Below, in pieces: positions 49,983 to 51,824 of a DNA stretch of 51,824 bases. The DNA lies in assembly GCA_022711495.1 (NCBI GenBank), contig JAKLEX010000001.1:502882-554705 (forward strand). The letters are read 5' to 3'. Both the position numbers and the translations under genes were made by a program. This stretch comes from Patescibacteria group bacterium (GTDB lineage Bacteria > Patescibacteriota > Minisyncoccia > Phycocordibacterales > JAACPR01). The notes beneath the pieces are model-generated. The model was not told the DNA's origin. It did not search any database and worked only from the letters and a program-made list of their open reading frames with translations. Within the stretch, counting starts at the first letter, position 1. The number at the start of each line of letters is the position of its first letter.

Positions 49983-50010
49983 AAAAACCCCGCCTTTCGG
50001 CGGGGTTTTT
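49983..50010. terminator. Intrinsic terminator between the two surface-protein paralogues
   Basis: AAAAACCCCGCC-TTTC-GGCGGGGTTTTT (GAAA loop on the minus strand). Confidence 0.85.
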
Positions 50011-50059
50011 GCTACCACTTATCCTAAATTCTGACTAAGTCAGATCAGGACAAGATTAG

Positions 50060-51824
50060 TTAGATTCCTCTTAGGAAGATAGCGTCTGTCTCGAAGTCAT
50101 CAAGGTTAGAATCGTATGATTCATACGTTGTTGTCGAGTCATCCGTGTTCCAATCAATTCCGTCCAATGCAACCGCAACGGCTGTATTGTCTGTCGTTGA
50201 AGCAGCTTCAATTTCTACTGTCAACGTGAATGTAACTGAGCTTCCTTCAGAAACCTTGTAATTGCCAGAGTCTTGCAATTTGCTTGCAGGACCAGTGAAG
50301 TCTGAGCTTGTTGATTCATCATCGATATCATCGTATGAGTAATCAACGCCACCAACATAGACGTCTTCGTCTCCGGCGGTTACCTCAAACTTGATCGTGT
50401 ATTCACCGACATCACCTTCGCCAGCTTCATCAGCTGTGAATGTTTCGTCAGAGTCAACAGATACAAGTTCAACGGTCATACCACTAACTCGTAGTGACAT
50501 GGCACCACCTTCCGTATCATCAAGTTCGTCTTCTGTTTGATCATCGTCTTCAGAGTCAACGTAGTCAACAGTAACGCCTGTTACTTGTAGACCATCGCCT
50601 TCTGTGAAGTCATCAATGTCATCAGCAGCTTCAATTGTAGCGCTAACAACAACTACGATTTCATCATCTTCTTCAACATCAATATCGATGTCGTCAAATG
50701 TGACTGACGATGTAGCTTCACCGTCAACTGACTCATCAAACATTTCTCCATCAACGTCAATGATGAGTTCATTGATCATATCTTCTAGATCCGAACCAGT
50801 ACCAGTTGTCGTTGCTAGAGTAACGGTGATTTCATCAATTGTGATGTCGCCATCTTCAGCTTCAATTGAGAAGGTGTAAAGAACGACTTCTTCTGTTTCA
50901 TCGTTATCGTCAATGTCAACGTCTTCATCGTCGTTACCCTCATCATCCTCATCGAATGATAGGTCGACTGTTCCGGCGTCAACTTCAACTAACTCGAAGT
51001 CTCTTTCGTCAGCGTCTCCGTCAATTTCTGTGTCAGCACCTCCTTCATAAACGTTGATGCCTTCAGCATTGACTGCGCGAACACCGTCTTCAACCAATTC
51101 AATTATCCATTCGCCCATGTCTTCTGAATCAATGTTGTCTTGAGCTGTAACGGCAACCTCAACTCTCGCTTCCTCGCCGTCTTCAACTACCGCGTCAACA
51201 TCGTCAATGTCGATTGAATATTGATCATCTTCTTCTTCGTCCCAGTTATCTGCATCAGAAGCATCTACTGAAGCGACCTCATCACCATCAACCATAACAG
51301 AAATTTCATCTAGAACTTTCCATGGTTTTGATGTAGAGCCCGATTGTGCTTCTAACAAAACAGTAATTCTTTCAACTCTAAGGTCTGAATCATCAGCCTC
51401 AAATTCGAAAGCTAGAACTTCTTCAGTTTGGCCTTCTTCAATCTCTTCGTTGTTTGGATTTCCCTTAACATCGAAGCTCTTGAAGTCACCATCGCCACCT
51501 GACAATTCGTCATCGTCAGCAGCTGAAGCAGCTGGAGCGGCTGGAGCAGCAGCCATAACGGCAGCTCTCGTGATAGGACCGAAGTATCCAGCGGCTGGTG
51601 CAATGCCACTAGCAGCTTGGTATGAAGCCAAGGCAGCTTGTGTCAAAGAACCAAAGTATCCCATTGATACGCCGGCTGGCATAACAAGGTAACCCTTTGA
51701 TACTAAGAAAGCTTGCAATTCAGCTACATCAGATCCTGTTGATCCGATGGTTAAATCTCTTGTGTAAGCAGCGTCAGCGGCTGGAATTGCAACTACTGCT
51801 AGTGCAACGACAGCTACGAGTACT
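50060..51824 (-). CDS. Highly acidic peptidoglycan-binding S-layer-like protein (5' end beyond window)
   Basis: Frame is open to the window edge; same signal and PG-binding N-terminus as 49112-49948, followed by several acidic beta-rich domains. Confidence 0.85.
   Translation of the reverse strand, partial: VLVAVVALAVVAIPAADAAYTRDLTIGSTGSDVAELQAFLVSKGYLVMPAGVSMGYFGSLTQAALASYQAASGIAPAAGYFGPITRAAVMAAAPAAPAASAADDDELSGGDGDFKSFDVKGNPNNEEIEEGQTEEVLAFEFEADDSDLRVERITVLLEAQSGSTSKPWKVLDEISVMVDGDEVASVDASDADNWDEEEDDQYSIDIDDVDAVVEDGEEARVEVAVTAQDNIDSEDMGEWIIELVEDGVRAVNAEGINVYEGGADTEIDGDADERDFELVEVDAGTVDLSFDEDDEGNDDEDVDIDDNDETEEVVLYTFSIEAEDGDITIDEITVTLATTTGTGSDLEDMINELIIDVDGEMFDESVDGEATSSVTFDDIDIDVEEDDEIVVVVSATIEAADDIDDFTEGDGLQVTGVTVDYVDSEDDDQTEDELDDTEGGAMSLRVSGMTVELVSVDSDETFTADEAGEGDVGEYTIKFEVTAGDEDVYVGGVDYSYDDIDDESTSSDFTGPASKLQDSGNYKVSEGSSVTFTLTVEIEAASTTDNTAVAVALDGIDWNTDDSTTTYESYDSNLDDFETDAIFLRGI

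Overview
Chromosomal window from a Patescibacteria (CPR) bacterium, most likely Parcubacteria-type, using genetic code 11. The assignment rests on 16S signatures, unlinked rRNA genes, 23S introns and typical CPR gene families. Most genes lie on the minus strand. Left to right: gatA(partial)-gatC-ligA; a type IV pilin cluster (major pilin, prepilin peptidase, four minor pilins); a bactofilin-like membrane protein; secA; an unannotated 37-aa protamine-like ORF; two predicted small RNAs that are mutually complementary; a surface-glycosylation locus (WaaL/PglL-like ligase, flippase, two methyltransferases, four GT4s); a VirD4/HerA-like ATPase; murC, DUF4015-like hydrolase, rsmI; an HTH-MurA fusion divergent from murB across a 14-bp-arm palindrome; tRNA-Ile; a GC-rich orphan peptide gene; a PKD surface protein; 16S rRNA; secF-secD, sugar transferase, GT4, rodA and hypotheticals; 5S and 23S rRNA; and very acidic surface/S-layer-like paralogues. 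Top leads: (1) a 210-nt insertion at 23S position 1931 that looks like a group I intron lacking the entire P4-P6 domain, in the same gene as a complete intron at 2593; (2) a sense/antisense sRNA pair next to the protamine-like gene; (3) a possible self-regulating HTH-MurA with a palindromic operator; (4) a 16S rRNA with no anti-Shine-Dalgarno, together with many apparently leaderless genes. All RNA structures and alignments were done by eye and need computational or experimental confirmation.
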